Of a DNA stretch of 64,000 bases, positions 11,080 to 25,400 are shown one piece after another. Below the pieces are notes generated by a model. That model saw nothing but the letters and a program-made list of their open reading frames with translations. It was not told the DNA's origin and made no database searches. Source of the DNA: Takakia lepidozioides (Eukaryota > Plantae > Bryophyta); the NCBI GenBank assembly GCA_030704615.1, contig CM060733.1, forward strand, positions 60,822,001-60,886,000, given 5' to 3'. A program made the position numbers and the translations under genes. The first letter of the stretch is position 1; each line of letters begins with the position of its first letter.

Positions 11080-14000
11080 GAGAGGTTAGCTATTTCATGA
11101 GCATGAGGCACCGCATTTCTGTTCCTGCCTATCCAAAGTGTCATAGTCGATGACAATGCGTTGTCGCTATTGTTTTCTACCGTGTGTTCCTAGTCCCGTT
11201 GGACCTAAATGCGATACCGCATTTCCGTTCCACCATGGGCCTGCTTTTACAATGGACTGAAATTTGGTACCGCATTTCCGTTGCACCAGTATTTTGGTTT
11301 CCCTGTTGACGGAAATGCGGTGCCGCATTTTCGATCATAATCAACGAGAGGATGATGTCGAACTGAGATGCGGGACCGCATTCCCATTCAGCCATGTGCA
11401 ATGGGTTGCATTGTTCCGAAACAACACAATTGCGGCCTGTCTTAATGAGCACAACTTGGTTGTCTAACCGTTTTAACTAACAGTCCTGGCTCTTGTCAGT
11501 GCGAACGTTCATGTCTGCACTGCGAATACTGGTTGATCACCCTCAGGAGAAACTGTCAGGAGATGTTATTTCGTCGCCGAATCGGCCATCATTGTCATAC
11601 TTAGTGGATATGGAATCACACCTCCCATCTTCATGCATGTAGCTTGAAACAATACTTTCCACTTCAATGTGCGACTTCCAATCGTCGATGGACTCCGCAG
11701 GTCCCACTTAGATGGTGCCTGTGAGCGTTGGTCTATGGCTATACTGAACCTCGCACTTGCCAACTTCGTGCGGTATTCGATGGCTCCGAATTCCTACGCT
11801 ATAGTTTGTTGTCCTCCGCAACTTGGGAGAGCCTGGATCCCAAACGAGGGAGGACTTTGCAGAGTGACTGAAACTTACCTTTGTTTCAAATTCAAGCTCA
11901 AACCGGGCACAGTTTATTTGGAAGAAGAAAAGAAGGATGTTCCTGGACAGGTTGACGAGACCATTGTCGTGCTAGGTAACGACGGAGGTTGCGGAATCGA
12001 ATGGCACGTACCCCCATCAGACACCATCCTATACCGAGCTGTGGGAATGCCCATTCCCTTTCCGAATCAGTCGCTGCCCACACCATCCACAACTGAGTCG
12101 GGAAACCGACAGGCAGCCACTTGCCAAACAGAGAGGTATGCAACGATAATCATTCCCGACCTGGACCGTCAAGACCCTCCATAGCTTCTCGTGTGGATGT
12201 ATTCGACATTTCTGACGGGAAGATGAGTGCATTGAGGTCCCATGTCCTCCACACAGTCGTTCAAATCCAACATGGACGTCTCTGCAGGTGCTACGCATGT
12301 ACCCTCGAGCATAACTCCAACCCGCTCCATTGTGCAGCTCCTACGGCAACATCACCTCGATTCACCTCGATGGTTCTCGCTCCGAGCTGGCTGCTCTCGA
12401 CTATGCCAAATTTCCAGTCAAGAAGGTAACGTATCTGCCTCCCAAAGTCGATGGCAATGTCATCTTCGAGTTTCCACCTGTTACTTCGTCAAACAAAGCC
12501 TCAGGGATGTTAACAGACATGGATCGAAAGCATGATGGACACCCCTGGTGTGTGACGAAGACCAGTAGCACGAAAATTGCTGATGGTGTTCGTGTACGAT
12601 ACGTCCTCTGTGCGGGGAAGTTGAGGTGCCTCAATCCCGCCTGCTTCCACTTTCTCTCCAAAGGAGGGCGGAGAAACGAGACGGATTGGACTGGCACAAC
12701 CCATCATCCATTCATTGTCTCCAGCCAAGCTCCTGCGGGTACTTTCAAGTGCGCACATTGCAAAGAACTACCGACGTGCATGTCCATGTGCAGAGCCAAG
12801 CAATATTACGTAATCCATTTGCTCCCAAACTTGACTAGAGCTTGCATACACGTTGGGGTCCACTGCCACCCCTTGGCGAGATCCAACATGCGTGAGGCTG
12901 TGCTGGAAGCACAGACATCATAAAAGAGGAGGTGAAATTGAGCCCCGGAGCCAGACCAAAGCAGATTCAGCTAAAGGCAGCCCACAAGATTGCTCTTGGC
13001 AAAATCATGTCTGAAGATGGTTCAAACCGAGTGCCCTTGAACGAAGAGGAGATGCTTGACCTGTTGGAGTCCGTCTCGCACGTTTGTAGTCCGAATGTGC
13101 GGAATCACATCGTATCTTGCAAGCAGGAGTTCGGCCGGGGGTCGGACATGCACTCAATCCTGGAGGTGAAACGAATGACTGGATATGACTACATCCAAGG
13201 TAGCAAGTTTCCAGGGCAAGGCAGCGAATCCGATCGTTGTTACATTTTTAAAATGTCGACGTGTGGGCCTGGGAGTGGAGTCGACTTGGTCACTCGCATG
13301 ACAACTGGAAACTTGTCGAATGCTTGGGTGATGTTTGATCACATCAAGCGAATTACAAACCATCAGTGGGTGACTATGGGTGCGCATGTTTATGACTATT
13401 ACTCCAAGAGGCTCATGACGATTGCAATCTGCGAGATGAAAGGGGAGGACACACAATCGGAGATGCATCTGTGGGAGGGCATAAACGAGCAGATGGCAAG
13501 GGCGGGATTGGCAAAGCCCAATTTCAGGGGATTCATGGCAGACAACGCTCAGGCCAACTGGGCAGTGGTGCGGCGTGTGTACGGTGAGGACCCCAATGTT
13601 CCAATGGAGGGGAAAGAGAGATCATGTGGATTCCATTGGATGCAGAGTCTATCTCACTACACTACCAAATTTGTTGCTAGCTCATTCCAGGCTGAACACC
13701 GTGTCTTTTGTACGGCGTGGAAAGATGTACCCACATTTGATGACGCGGAGGTTAAGTTTGCTATCATCGAGGCTTGGTGGAACACGTCAGGTGCAGTGGA
13801 GACAACCAATCTGGGAGCCTTGCACAACTGGTTGGGGTGGTGGCATTTCCGGTATCGATAGTTCGGACAGTACATGCGGGAGGTATGATGCTGTCATTTT
13901 TGTGCAATTGTCTTTCTATTATGGACCTTTCCATTGGTCCCTCACCATTGTTTGTCCTTGTAGGAGCGGTGCTTGGATTCCGACACGGACATGCCGAACA

Positions 14001-16243
14001 CGAATATGGCAGAATCAGTCCACTCCTCCTGGCGAGCGTCTTCTGCCGCACATCTGGTGGACGTAGTGACGGCCACAACGGAGGACATCGACAGAGCCAT
14101 CATGCAGCAAGCCACGTACTACAAGTTCCTGAGCGGGAAACAATGGGGCCTTGGGCCGGACAGGGAGGAATTGTTGGTACGAACACCGTCGAGGTCGAAG
14201 AATCCACTGAAATGGGCGACAACATTGCGAGATAAGATCAAATGGACGCCTCTGCACCGCAGAGGTGAACACCTAGAGGGTGACGTCCGTACTCGCCTTG
14301 TGAGGCGGAGGATTGAAGAGGAACCCGGGTGCGAAGAGGATTCCTGGAGATCCGACAGGAACATTCGGACAGCACCTCGAGGTCCCGTCATGTTGCCGCA
14401 CAATGTGTCTTCCAGCAGTGGAAGCCCAAGAAATTCCAGATCGCCATCGCCTTCAAGCGGGGATTCCGTGCGAGAAATTCCCACCGCTCGCTTGCCCCAG
14501 ATTCCGCCCGCTGTTATGCAGTATGGCCAAGCCATTGTGGAGACGACTGTGTCTGCGTCATAGTGGAGAATTGCTCGCACAAAGCCGTCGTTTTGAGGTA
14601 GGTGTTCCGCAATTCGAGTGGATACACGGCAACGTTGTTTAGAGATGATAAGGAGGAATCCAGATGGGGCTGTCTCTGCTCCTACTTTTACAGGAAGATT
14701 TGTCCATGCAAAGTTTGCGGAGGCAACAACCACCCAGTTCTGGTTCTGCAGGCACGACATTATGACTTGCGTGTATGGAAAGCCCAAGTACGGCATACAA
14801 ACAATGCCAGAGGCTCCCCCGGTGTGGCCGGTGGAACCAGGCTGCGATCTGAGTCAGGTTGAGGCCGACGCCCTTACTGCCACAGGATTTCGGATGGTGC
14901 AGCGCACTGACGTCCCCAGACAACCATTTCCGCTTCCACAGCCTCCACCACCGACCCCTGTGAGAGCAAGAACAATGGGACGCGACAGCTCTAAGCATCC
15001 TACACACCATTGGGGGAAACCGAAGAGGCGGCGACCTCCCTCAAAAGTGAACGAGACAAGGATGGGGAATGCACTTCGGATGAACTGTACAATCCAGAGC
15101 TCGACAGAAGTGCCCCCACCAGGCTTCGGGCATGTGTATCAGATGGCCATGACATGCTCAGCTGTTTGCAATGAGGTGTACACCATCACCATTTCAGAAT
15201 TACCCACCTGCAATTGCACCGACTTCCAGATCATGGTGAACAAGGGGGGCATCATACTGCCCTTGCAAGCATCTGTACTACGTGTACCTAAAGAGACTCC
15301 GGTGTAATTCCACAACTCATCACTTCATACATGCACCAGGGTTGAGCCCCCAAGAGGTGCACACTCTTCTGAATATGGATCCAGGGGACCAGTGAGCTTG
15401 GCTTGCGGTCCCAACACAATGGTACGCCCATCCTTTTCGGATAGTAGAACTGTACTGCTGCAAGTAGCTCTGACTCTGGCCACAGAAAGGTCCGACTTAT
15501 GTCTTGCCTACCAGTAACCTGTTTTGCTCAAACTAAGATAATACTATGTCATTCACTTGTGTTTCCACGTGCATGTATTTCGTGTGTTGGAGGGTTCCTA
15601 TTTTTCTGCTCTCCCAAACTTTGCTTTCCTCATTCGACCCCCGGCAAGGAAATGCGGCGCCGCATTTCCAAGTAACGTCGTAGGTACTGGTAGATGCGGC
15701 CTTCGCCAACACCAAACCGCCCAGAAATTTCGCACGTGCGAACCCTAATGCGGCACTGCATTTCCCAGTTGAGTCGCAAACCTTTCCGCCGAATACCCGA
15801 AGATGACAGAATTGTGAAGTACTGCAGACTCTATTGGTGCAGACTCTATTGGTTCAATCGTGGCAAAATGGTCACCTTCATTCCAATGTTAAGGCATGTA
15901 AAACCGCGGAATACTCTATACAGGCCAGTATGCGACGTCCTTTTGCCGTGGTATATTGGATTTCTCGTTGCACGGTCACTCATTTCCATGAGCGGATCTA
16001 AAAAACCATGAGCGGACTTGTTACTGATGACATATCTTCGCCGCATTACAGGATGTGGAACTTCCAAAAACGGCAAGGTCAAATTAAAAAAACTATTATT
16101 TTAATACTTGTTTAATCTACCGCATTTCCAAATTTGGAGGAGTCCGCTCATGAAATCCGCATGTCTTAGATTTCGGCTCACCGCTCATGCGGCTCATGCG
16201 GCTCATGGCTCATGGTTTTTGCTCATGAAATAGTAAACCTCCC
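11080..16243 (+). mobile_element. MULE-type DNA transposon with short (24-bp) TIRs and CCGCATTTCC subterminal repeats
   Basis: Left end GAGAGGTTAGCTATTTCATGAGCA vs right-end reverse complement GGGAGGTTTACTATTTCATGAGCA (21/24). Repeated CCGCATTTCC/GGAAATGCGG near both ends. PPR sequence breaks at 11079. No clear TSD. Confidence 0.8.
12330..15395 (+). pseudogene. transposase pseudogene: GCM/WRKY-like Zn domain, MULE DDE domain and C-terminal SWIM finger
   Basis: DGHPW..T.S..VR..CAG.L.C.NP.C...C..C...C...H.G.H.HP; VMFDHIKR; FMADNAQANW; CGFHW (CxxH); NMAESVH; CNCTDF..CPCKHLYY. Intron ~13883-13963, frameshifts near 12915 and 15250, nonsense codons at 13859, 14561 and 14594. Confidence 0.82.
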
Positions 16244-16312
16244 ATCACTCATTTGAAAAATAATACAAAGACAAACACCTGCAGTCCTATTGGTCATGTA
16301 CACCTTCATCCC

Positions 16313-16690
16313 GCACCCACGGAAGTAGCAACAGAGTTTTGGCAGGAACAACAGCCAGAAAGAAGGCAACCTACTTTTGGAGCTCTCACATATTTGCGCT
16401 AGGCTATACGAATTGCCACAAGAGGCTGTTTGCATTGTGCCTTTGACCAAGTGTCCTTCATCCATCTACAAGCTTTGCACTGCATCACAAAGAAGTACCT
16501 TACAGAAGCAAACCTTCATCCCGCGCCCTTGCTGTGCATACCCTGCAAGCATCGCGTTCCACGACACCACATCTCGGTCAGCCATAGTGTTGAAAACTCC
16601 CTTCACATCCTTAATGCACCCACATTTTGCATCCATGTCCACCAGGGCAGTGTTCAGGATGACATCTGGTACAATTCCAGCTTTGACCAT
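16313..16690 (-). pseudogene. PLS-PPR fragment(s)
   Basis: [59 protein letters not shown]. Shares the derived DMDAKC/IKD variants with 10699-11079. Confidence 0.88.
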
Positions 16691-19600
16691 GTAAGAGATG
16701 AGCCTCATGACCATGAGCGGAAGGATAAGACCCTACAGATATTAAATTGTCCCAAGATTTAAGAGTTCCAAGAACTAAGAGTAAAGGTGGCTAATGTAAT
16801 TGTAATTGTGGAGTTTGGCATCACATTTGGACCCACCAAAACTTAGTATAACTTACAATCAAATCATTTATATCTAACAATTATTTCACTTCAACAAACA
16901 GGTTAAAATTATAGAAATTTTGATTATTACATTGTAGCACTTGAGAATTAATTATAGCACATTGGAATTAGCAATATGACATAGTAAAATTTTGTGAACT
17001 CTTATAGATCATAGGTATTAACTCAAATGTAACATTTCAGATATAATATGAAATTATTGACTATGGAATGCTGGAGTAACCATCAAGCTAGACTCCTACC
17101 AAAGTCGGCGTAACTAAGAGTCACTTCACCTTGCGGCTATTTTCCCTCTCGAGGGTAGGTAAGAAATTATGGAGCCCTTGGACAAGCAGTATATCAAGGC
17201 AAATTCGTGCTAGGAGCGGCATGAATACATAGGATATGTACAAGTAAGAGCCAATGGGGTTTATGTGATCTGGTGACCTACCTTGGAAAGTACCAACATT
17301 GGTGAGCTTGAACCATGTGGAGGTGGGCTATGATAGGAGGGGTTTTTGGAGTTGCGAGATTCATTGATTGCGCCAAATTATTTTAAATAGTGTGGAGTGC
17401 TTGCAATGTAGGAGAAGATGCGGCCATGTAATTTCTACTTGGGGGGTAGGCTCTACAATAAGATATACAGATGTATTGGGCCACCATATCAATAGAAGGC
17501 GATGCTATTAGGTACGTTCATTGTTTTCGAATTTGAATTTTGTTGGTAATGATTATGGTGATTGTAAGAGATCAAATGGCAATATGGTGGATGTCAGACA
17601 TTTCACATATTTGCGATATTTATATTTTAACATTTTGACCTTGGGATGTCATTCCATCCCAAGTATCAAAATGAGGTATGCAGTTTAGTTCGGCACGTGG
17701 AAGAGCTTATCTTCCATACGGTCTGCGGTGGAGGCTCATCTTTGTTGACTAATTCTGTACTCAAAACATCACTCTTAAAACGGTCAAGCCTTTTGCACCC
17801 TAGGTACGAGGAATCCACAACATTCACTCACAACACCAGATTGTGTTAGACTAGTTTGTTGTGTGTATATGTGTTATATGGTTTAGATAGCAATGTATGG
17901 ACTCACAACACATATTTTCTTAAAGCATTTAGAGATAGTATTCTGGGACATATTGAGGTCAGAGTGGAAAGAGTTGAGATTGCGCGTGTGGATTTCACCG
18001 TGGACTCTTCCACCGTGATGATGATGAGATGACCAAGATATTATTTGTGGCATTTGAGGGCAAAGATCGACGCGATGTATTAATCTCTTTCAGATAAATG
18101 GGCTTGGAATTCAATGTGTCGGGTTCTAATTACACTAATTGAACTCCACAAACTAGACGATGATTTTTCTCTAGTTGGTGTGAAGAGTTGAGGGAGTCAA
18201 TGGGAATATACTCATAATAATAATATAATGTAATATAATAAATTGTGATTATAATTGTAGCATGTAAAATTTGGACATCCAATGGCCAATTTTGGGCCTC
18301 TAGGCTTAGAAAATCCTGCATAAATTCCTATCAATTTAGATTTTTTTTTTTCAAAAAATTGAGAAGTTTTTAATGCCATGTGTAAGGTCCAAATCCAGGT
18401 TCCGATTGAACCCGATCTCGGTTTAGGGTTAGGTTTTAGGGCTCTAAACTTGCAGGGGTCTCTCTCCCACGTTTTTGGTTTACTGGTGAGCAGGTTGCAT
18501 CGTGAGTTGCAAGTGGCTTTTGTGTGCGGGAAGGAGCCTTTGACCAAGTGCAGAGTGTTGAGTATGGGGTCAAAACCCGAGTTGTATTGGTATTTAGGGT
18601 ATTCCCGGGTGTTAAGATTGGGTATCAACCTAGTATTCCAAAACCTACCAGGCGGATACGCATTGCCCACAAAACCTAGGGTAGACCAGTACTATCCTAA
18701 TACATCCCCCTTTGCTACCAGGCTCATACTCAGGCCCTTCCAGAAGCCATAGCTCTAGACATGGATTGCCCATTTTTCCTCTGGATTCCTGGGTAGGGTT
18801 TTTGCTTCATGCACAAGCACATTATGATGCATGCTAACGGTGCTACAAAGGGATATCTTCTAGTTAGGGTGTAGTTTTGTTTTGTTTTGGGGTGGTTGTT
18901 TAATTGCAGGTGCGATTATAGCCGTAGCATAGGGGTAGGGAGGCAAAATCTAGCTGAGGTGTAGGTTTGGAGAGGTTACCTACTATGATAATCAGATGCA
19001 AGATAGTTTAGGTAAAGAAACTTCAAGGATGTCGTCTTTTTCCACAACACAATCTATAAGCTTTGTATTATGTCGCCTGATATTATATATCAGGGTTGGT
19101 ATGTCCCTGGTATTACCTTCCACAATACCCTGATATTCATACCATCTGGAGGTTTTTGAAAAAAACAATACCTATACTTATATTTATACCTTCCGGCAAG
19201 ACCTCTACCTTACCTACCTAGGACCATACCAGCTTGAAGAAAGAAGGTTGGGCCTCTCAAGACCAGGACCAGGCTGGTATATTATAATTCCAATACCAGT
19301 ACAACACTGGTCAAAACAAGCCTGCCTTGGTTCATTGGATGTAGCATCCCAAGAGGATGAAATGCTTGAAACCTCAGGACCGATTTCATCACGATATGCA
19401 AATATACAAAAATGCAAAGAACTTTTCCCAAACGAGAAAAATATATAATATCAAAAATTGACCCAAACTCTCAACGGTGGCATCTCACCCAAAAAAAACC
19501 TGATTGGCTTGCAATTCCGCCATGTGCAGCTCGTAGGTGAGCAGTTAATGTCCGGTCAATTCTTTTAAATTTTATTTTTTCATGGAGTTATGTTAACTTT

Positions 19601-22011
19601 TGGAAGCTGGGGTCTTATTTTTGGCAAAAGTCAGACATAATCACCAAGATTAATGCGTCATGGATAAATATTGAACAAATTAAAAATCATACTCTGATGT
19701 AGTAAGCTATTTAAAGCTTGACATATGCGGCCCTATTGTCAAGAATATCTCTGGAATATAGAATTGATAGACTAGTATATGATTGAACGGTGGTTGGAGA
19801 TCAGAAATGGAAGAAACAAAATAATGTACAATGTCTACCGAAGCTCATGATATTGTCTATCCTCCATAAATATTCCCTCCATATCTGTTTACCTTCTTTA
19901 TCTGTTATTTTCTTTTAGTCCTCATGAAGATTTTATAAGCAAGTGTTCAGTGTTATGTTTTATGATGTTTTTTTACTCCCTCCTTTACTAAATGACCCTT
20001 AATAAGTATTAAATTTCTTCAAATGCATATATGTATAGATGTATAACAAGACAAGTTGGTCTAAGGGTCGTGACGTTGAGATATATCAATTAAACATGTC
20101 AGCTCCTTAAGTTTACTTAACATGGGGATAATTCAAACTCTTTAAGTGTTAGATTCCTGGCATGTTCAAGCTCTGTGTAAGTGTTCCTTTTCTAAAATGT
20201 GATTTCTGAAATATTCTTATTATAAACATATATTATGATGTTAAATATCTATATGTGTTACATGTTCTCTATCCCAAGGTGTAACACATAGGGTAGATTG
20301 TAGTAGAAAGGATGATACAAGAAGTGAAGTAAAGAAAGTTTTATTGATTCACATCCAACAAATTTATGGAGCCTACTGCTCAACACACAGCCCATCGAGG
20401 GACATGTGGAAGGCACATGTTGAAGGATTGAACCCAGGATCACCCATGAAGAAAACTTGAAAGAAATCTAGAGAAAGCTAGAAATCAGTAGAAAGTATGG
20501 TGCAAGAAGAAAACTTGAAAGAAATCTAGAGAAAGATAGAAATCCAGTTGGGGGTTTCGGCAAATTAATCACATGATTGTGTGAAAATCTTGATGTTTAG
20601 TGGTACTACCTACTCCTCCTGCACCCACCTGCCGATTTCCAGGACAATCGGCCCCAGAAAAACACCACCGTTGAATGTGGGGCCCATTATTCGGGCCCAT
20701 TGGAAGAACATTTCAAAACTGATATTGGGGGTATATTAAGATTGGTATCAATACATTGCAACATACAACCAAAATCAAGTGAAAAGGCTTGAAAACCATA
20801 GCACCTAATAATTTGACCACATGAGAACCCCAAGCACTTACTCAGCTTATAGCTTACAGCCCTTACTAAGCTTAAATCGCCATTCGAATCGACTCAATCA
20901 AAGAGCCATAACTCTCCATTGCTGCACCCTAATCCCCACTACAGTTGTAGCTACATATTGATACCTAGGGTGCAAGCGACAGCGGAAGAGGGAGTACTTG
21001 TATCGACAAAGCTGCGTCTTTGCAATACCAGGCTGGTCTGGTAGGAGCCCAGGTATTAGGGTTTCGCTATACTCCCCCCAATATGTTCTGCCCGGGGTAC
21101 TGCCGGTTGCTTATACGGTCCGCTTGGTCTCGTCTACTACCCTGCTCTGATACCCTTACCCGTACTGATACCCCACCTCGCCCCCATATACCGGTCCAAC
21201 ATTGGTACTAACCAGAGAGAATCCCCCATTAGGTTATGTGTACAGTTGGAAGTATACATTAGATAATTATCCAAAACAAGACGGAAAAATGTCCACAAAA
21301 GGTAGGTAGGATACTCTCAATAGCTATTTTCCTATTGCTTTTTTAGGATAGCTACTAGATGTCAGTGTGGATGTACAACCACATGTCTGACTCTAGCACA
21401 AACTGAGGTAAACTTCAAAAACTCCTCCGGTGAATCTGTTCTATCACGATAAACTGGTGGGCTTATATCATGGATTCTACTATTTTGTGGAAGCCACAAA
21501 TCCGCAGTCACACAAAAGTCAACCACAGTAGGCCATTGTTATTATTATAACAGGTCGGTAGCTTTGGAACATAATATTATTGTAACATAGTGGGTTTTAA
21601 AAAAAAAAAATGTACATGATTCTTGTAAGCATTAGGAGACAACCCATAAGCTAGATTCTCTGAGAGAGATAGAAAGTGTATGTAGGTTTGAACCCAGGAG
21701 CAGGTGCGCAGACAGACACAAATTGCAGTGCAATATCTTCTCTCTAAAACGAAAACATCGGCGGTGTTGAGAAGGAAACAAAAGAGAGCGCGTGGGACGC
21801 ATCGCCAAGGGTGAGAGAAGGAGGAAAAGTGGTGCCGTCCTGAGACCAAGCCTGGGCTCCACCACACGTTGTGGAGGTGTCCAACAAAAAATAGGCTATT
21901 CCGCATTGGAAAAATGGTTGCAACTTCCATCCCTTTCGACTTGGTGTGTCATTTACTCTGGACTGTTTCATGGAGGCCTACAAGTCAAGTCCAGAAAAAG
22001 TGCGAGCTCAT

Positions 22012-22014
<3 letters not shown>

Positions 22015-22062
<48 letters not shown>
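22015..22062. repeat. (GA)n microsatellite upstream of STR
   Basis: About 24 perfect GA units. Confidence 0.97.
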
Positions 22063-22064
<2 letters not shown>

Positions 22065-22448
22065 CACTCAAGAACTAGGCACTAGTCGAGGAGTCTCACA
22101 CATCCTTCATTAATGTTAATTGGTCCACAATCTCTCTCTGTGTCTCTTACCGGTCGTCTCTCCCTTACTGAAAGCACTTGAGGTCAGATAAACAATTTGA
22201 GATTAACGACATCTTAGACATATTTCACACCTCCTGCCAGAGGTTATAGAACCAGCTTTTGTGACAACAGCAGTAACTGATGCAGAGAACGTCGACAAGG
22301 GAACTTTTTTTCAATAGGTATAAAGAGGGGGATAATTGGAGAGCATGAATATAAGCTTGCAAAAGTACCTAGGTTGAGGGCTCACACTCCCCCTCGCTTT
22401 TGCGTCCCTGTTGAGTCTTCGGTAATTTAACTAGTTCATCTCATAGCC

Positions 22449-25400
22449 ATGGCCCCTTTTGGACAGCATTTTCATGACAATGGACTTCAAACGAGCGCTA
22501 CCCAAATGGGCCCAGATAGCTTACAGTCATCATCTTTAGAAGAGCTTCTTGGCATGGACGAAATGCCAGTTGGGCACGCGATGCACACACTAAATCCACG
22601 TCAAGGTGTCGCAATGAAAGCGCAGCCAGAGAGACAGCCCGTTTCAGGGTTGGAGTTTCAAGAGCTCACATACACTGTCATAAAAACACAAAAAAAGGAC
22701 GGACAATGGACGAGTAAACAGGTACACACAGGATCCATTTCCTAGAATACCTTTTTTTCCCTGTACCCTGAGTATTGTCATGGTAAGCTGGAAGATTTAA
22801 ATAATTATTGTTGCATATGTGTTTCCATATGATATACATGTACCTATATAGAGAACTCAATGTTTCAACTACACTTTGGATTGGACCACGTAGAGTTCCG
22901 ATCGATACAAAACCAAGCGTTGCAAACGATCCCCCTGTTGCATCATCACTATCATGATTCCGACATTTTGTATGTTCGTGAACATTTACAGGTCTTTTAG
23001 AAGTTTCTACAGGTATATTGTATGAAACCATCATACGGGCTGACATCTACTAACAAAATTCACTATAAATCCTCAAGATACATCCCAAAGTGTTCCTTTG
23101 GCTCTACTAGCAACATGTACCGAATCGAGACCTCACTCTAAAATCTAGAGTTATTAGCCATAATCAAGAATGTCTTTCATATTGAACTGGGCTGAGCAAA
23201 GGCTCACCTTGATTTGAAGTGTTATAAGAATCCAGTGAATATAGTGATCAATGTAGATATGTACCTTACAATACAACTGTTATACTGCCTACAGGTGGAC
23301 TTGTTACAAAGCATTTCAGGGCAAGCCTTGAAAAGACAAGTCACTGCTATTTTAGGGCCTAGCGGAGCTGGTAAGTCGACATTCTTGGATGCCCTAGCAG
23401 GGAGAATTGCAGCAGGAAGTCTAAGGGGCTCTGTCCGCGTCGATGGACAACCAGCGAAAGGTAGCTATATGAAGCAGATATCTGCGTATGTGATGCAAGA
23501 CGACCAGCTTTTTCCCATGCTCACTGTGTATGAAACACTTTTGTTTGCTGCGAAGGTCCGTTTGCCACCCAATATTTCCAGTTCGGAAAAAAAGATTCGG
23601 GTCGAGAAACTTATTGCCCAACTGGGTCTTCAGGTATGACATCCCAGTTCTACAGTAATCTGATGTGATCGCACAGCTGTGACCTTGTTTTTATGCTTAT
23701 CTATCTGTCAATGCTTTCTCTCAGTCAGATAAACGAAAGTAAGAGCACAATAGCTCTGGATGAAGCGACACCATAAGTTACAATTGCTTAGGCAAGAGTC
23801 TTCCTTCTTAGTCAAATGCACCACAAATATCTCGATGTCACATCTGAAAGTAGACTTTGAGTTTTTTGGTCTTACATTAGTTATGGATGCTCCGCTGAAA
23901 ATTATTCGTCTAAGTTGAGAAGCTCATTGTTTTGAGTTTTGACCTCGCAATGTTCCCTCCCTTACAACGGCATTCCAACTAGGAAATTGATGATTTAACT
24001 GGGGATAGTACTTATTCACATGGACTGTAGAAATATTTATTAATAGCATGAAAATTAAACTGTAGAGTGTAAGATGTTAGATCTGATTATATTTCCCCAT
24101 TTTTGGACCTTTTCATTTCAGTCTACAACCCATACGTACATAGGAGATGAAGGCCGTCGTGGAGTTTCTGGAGGAGAAAGGAGAAGGGTGTCAATTGGAG
24201 TTGACATCATCAATGGACCATCCGTATTGTTTCTTGATGAGCCTACATCGGGTCTCGATTCTACCAGTGCCCATAGTGTCGTCGAGAAGCTCGTGGACAT
24301 TGCCAATGAAGGGAGCACCGTCGTCCTGACCATCCATCAACCTTCCTTTCGCATCCAACAACTCCTCAACCGATTGATTATCCTCGCAAGGTATGCTTAA
24401 TTTCCGTTCTTGACTTCCTGAATTTTAAATAAGCTCTTATAAGTTATAAGCTCTTAATTAATAGATCATCATGGATGATTTCACTCAAGCCTAGTAAGAT
24501 TGGGTTTGAACAGGTCCTAAACACATCAAGAATGGAGCTAAGATCTTCACATAAGTAATAATCCAAGTCGCATCAACATTTGGTCTGTTTAAGTGTGACC
24601 AATCGCAGCTATTTGGTGCTTTGAACCGTTTTATGTGAAATAACTAGTTTATTGTTCACTTACGAAGATCATACTCGCTGCTTACAGAGGAAAGCTGATC
24701 TACATCGGAAGTCCCAACGCTCTCACAGGCCACCTTGCCGCTTTCGGGAGGGAGCTCCCTGAGGACGAAAACAACATCGAATATTTTCTTGATGTTATCA
24801 AAGAGTATGACGAGTCAACTGTTGGTCTCGACCCACTAGTTACATTCAACAAAGATGGGATCAAGCCGGACAATAACAAGACCCCACTCCCTAAAACTCC
24901 TTTGGCCGCTAGACCCAAAACGCCCAACAACCAAATAGCTCAGAAATCTTCTCCAGTGTATGATGACAGAAGCATTGACTCCATGAATGACCTTAGCACA
25001 ATAGAAGAAGAAGACGACGACTATGACCATTCTCTTGTGCGCACACCTTTCAACAACTTCGCGGTTCCACCGCTCGCATCATATTTCTATAGAGGTGATG
25101 ATATATCTTTCGTTTCTTTTACATCTGAAACATTTAGCCAAACCCCCGGGCGTACTCCTGGACGGCCCAATATCGTCAACTCCTTCCAGAAGACACCAAT
25201 GAGAACTCAGGGCCCAGGCACCCAGAGCGCAGGTTCTGATTTGTCGGCAAATAACAGCTGCGACAAAGATCAGGAGGACAACGTCATGTTCGAGCAAGAA
25301 TTAGGCCCCAAGTTTGCGAACTCCTGGTTCAAAGAGGTACTGGTCCGTTTTGAAAGTAGAACTGCAAATAATGTGACAACGCTTTGAAATGTGATCAATT

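Noticed and set aside
11566-12184. Possible second gene inside the GCM-like MULE
   Set aside because: Short ORFs on both strands without recognisable similarity.
13859-14596. TAG/TGA codons that U-to-C editing could repair
   Set aside because: Nuclear transposon that also has frameshifts; the stops are best explained by C-to-T decay of methylated DNA.
18415-18445. Telomere-like TTTAGGG/TTAGGG units
   Set aside because: Only about three imperfect units inside a probable repeat remnant.
16700-21210. Probable hAT-like ends (~19309, ~21205) and decayed retroelement pieces
   Set aside because: No paired TIRs, TSDs or readable domains, so they cannot be delimited.
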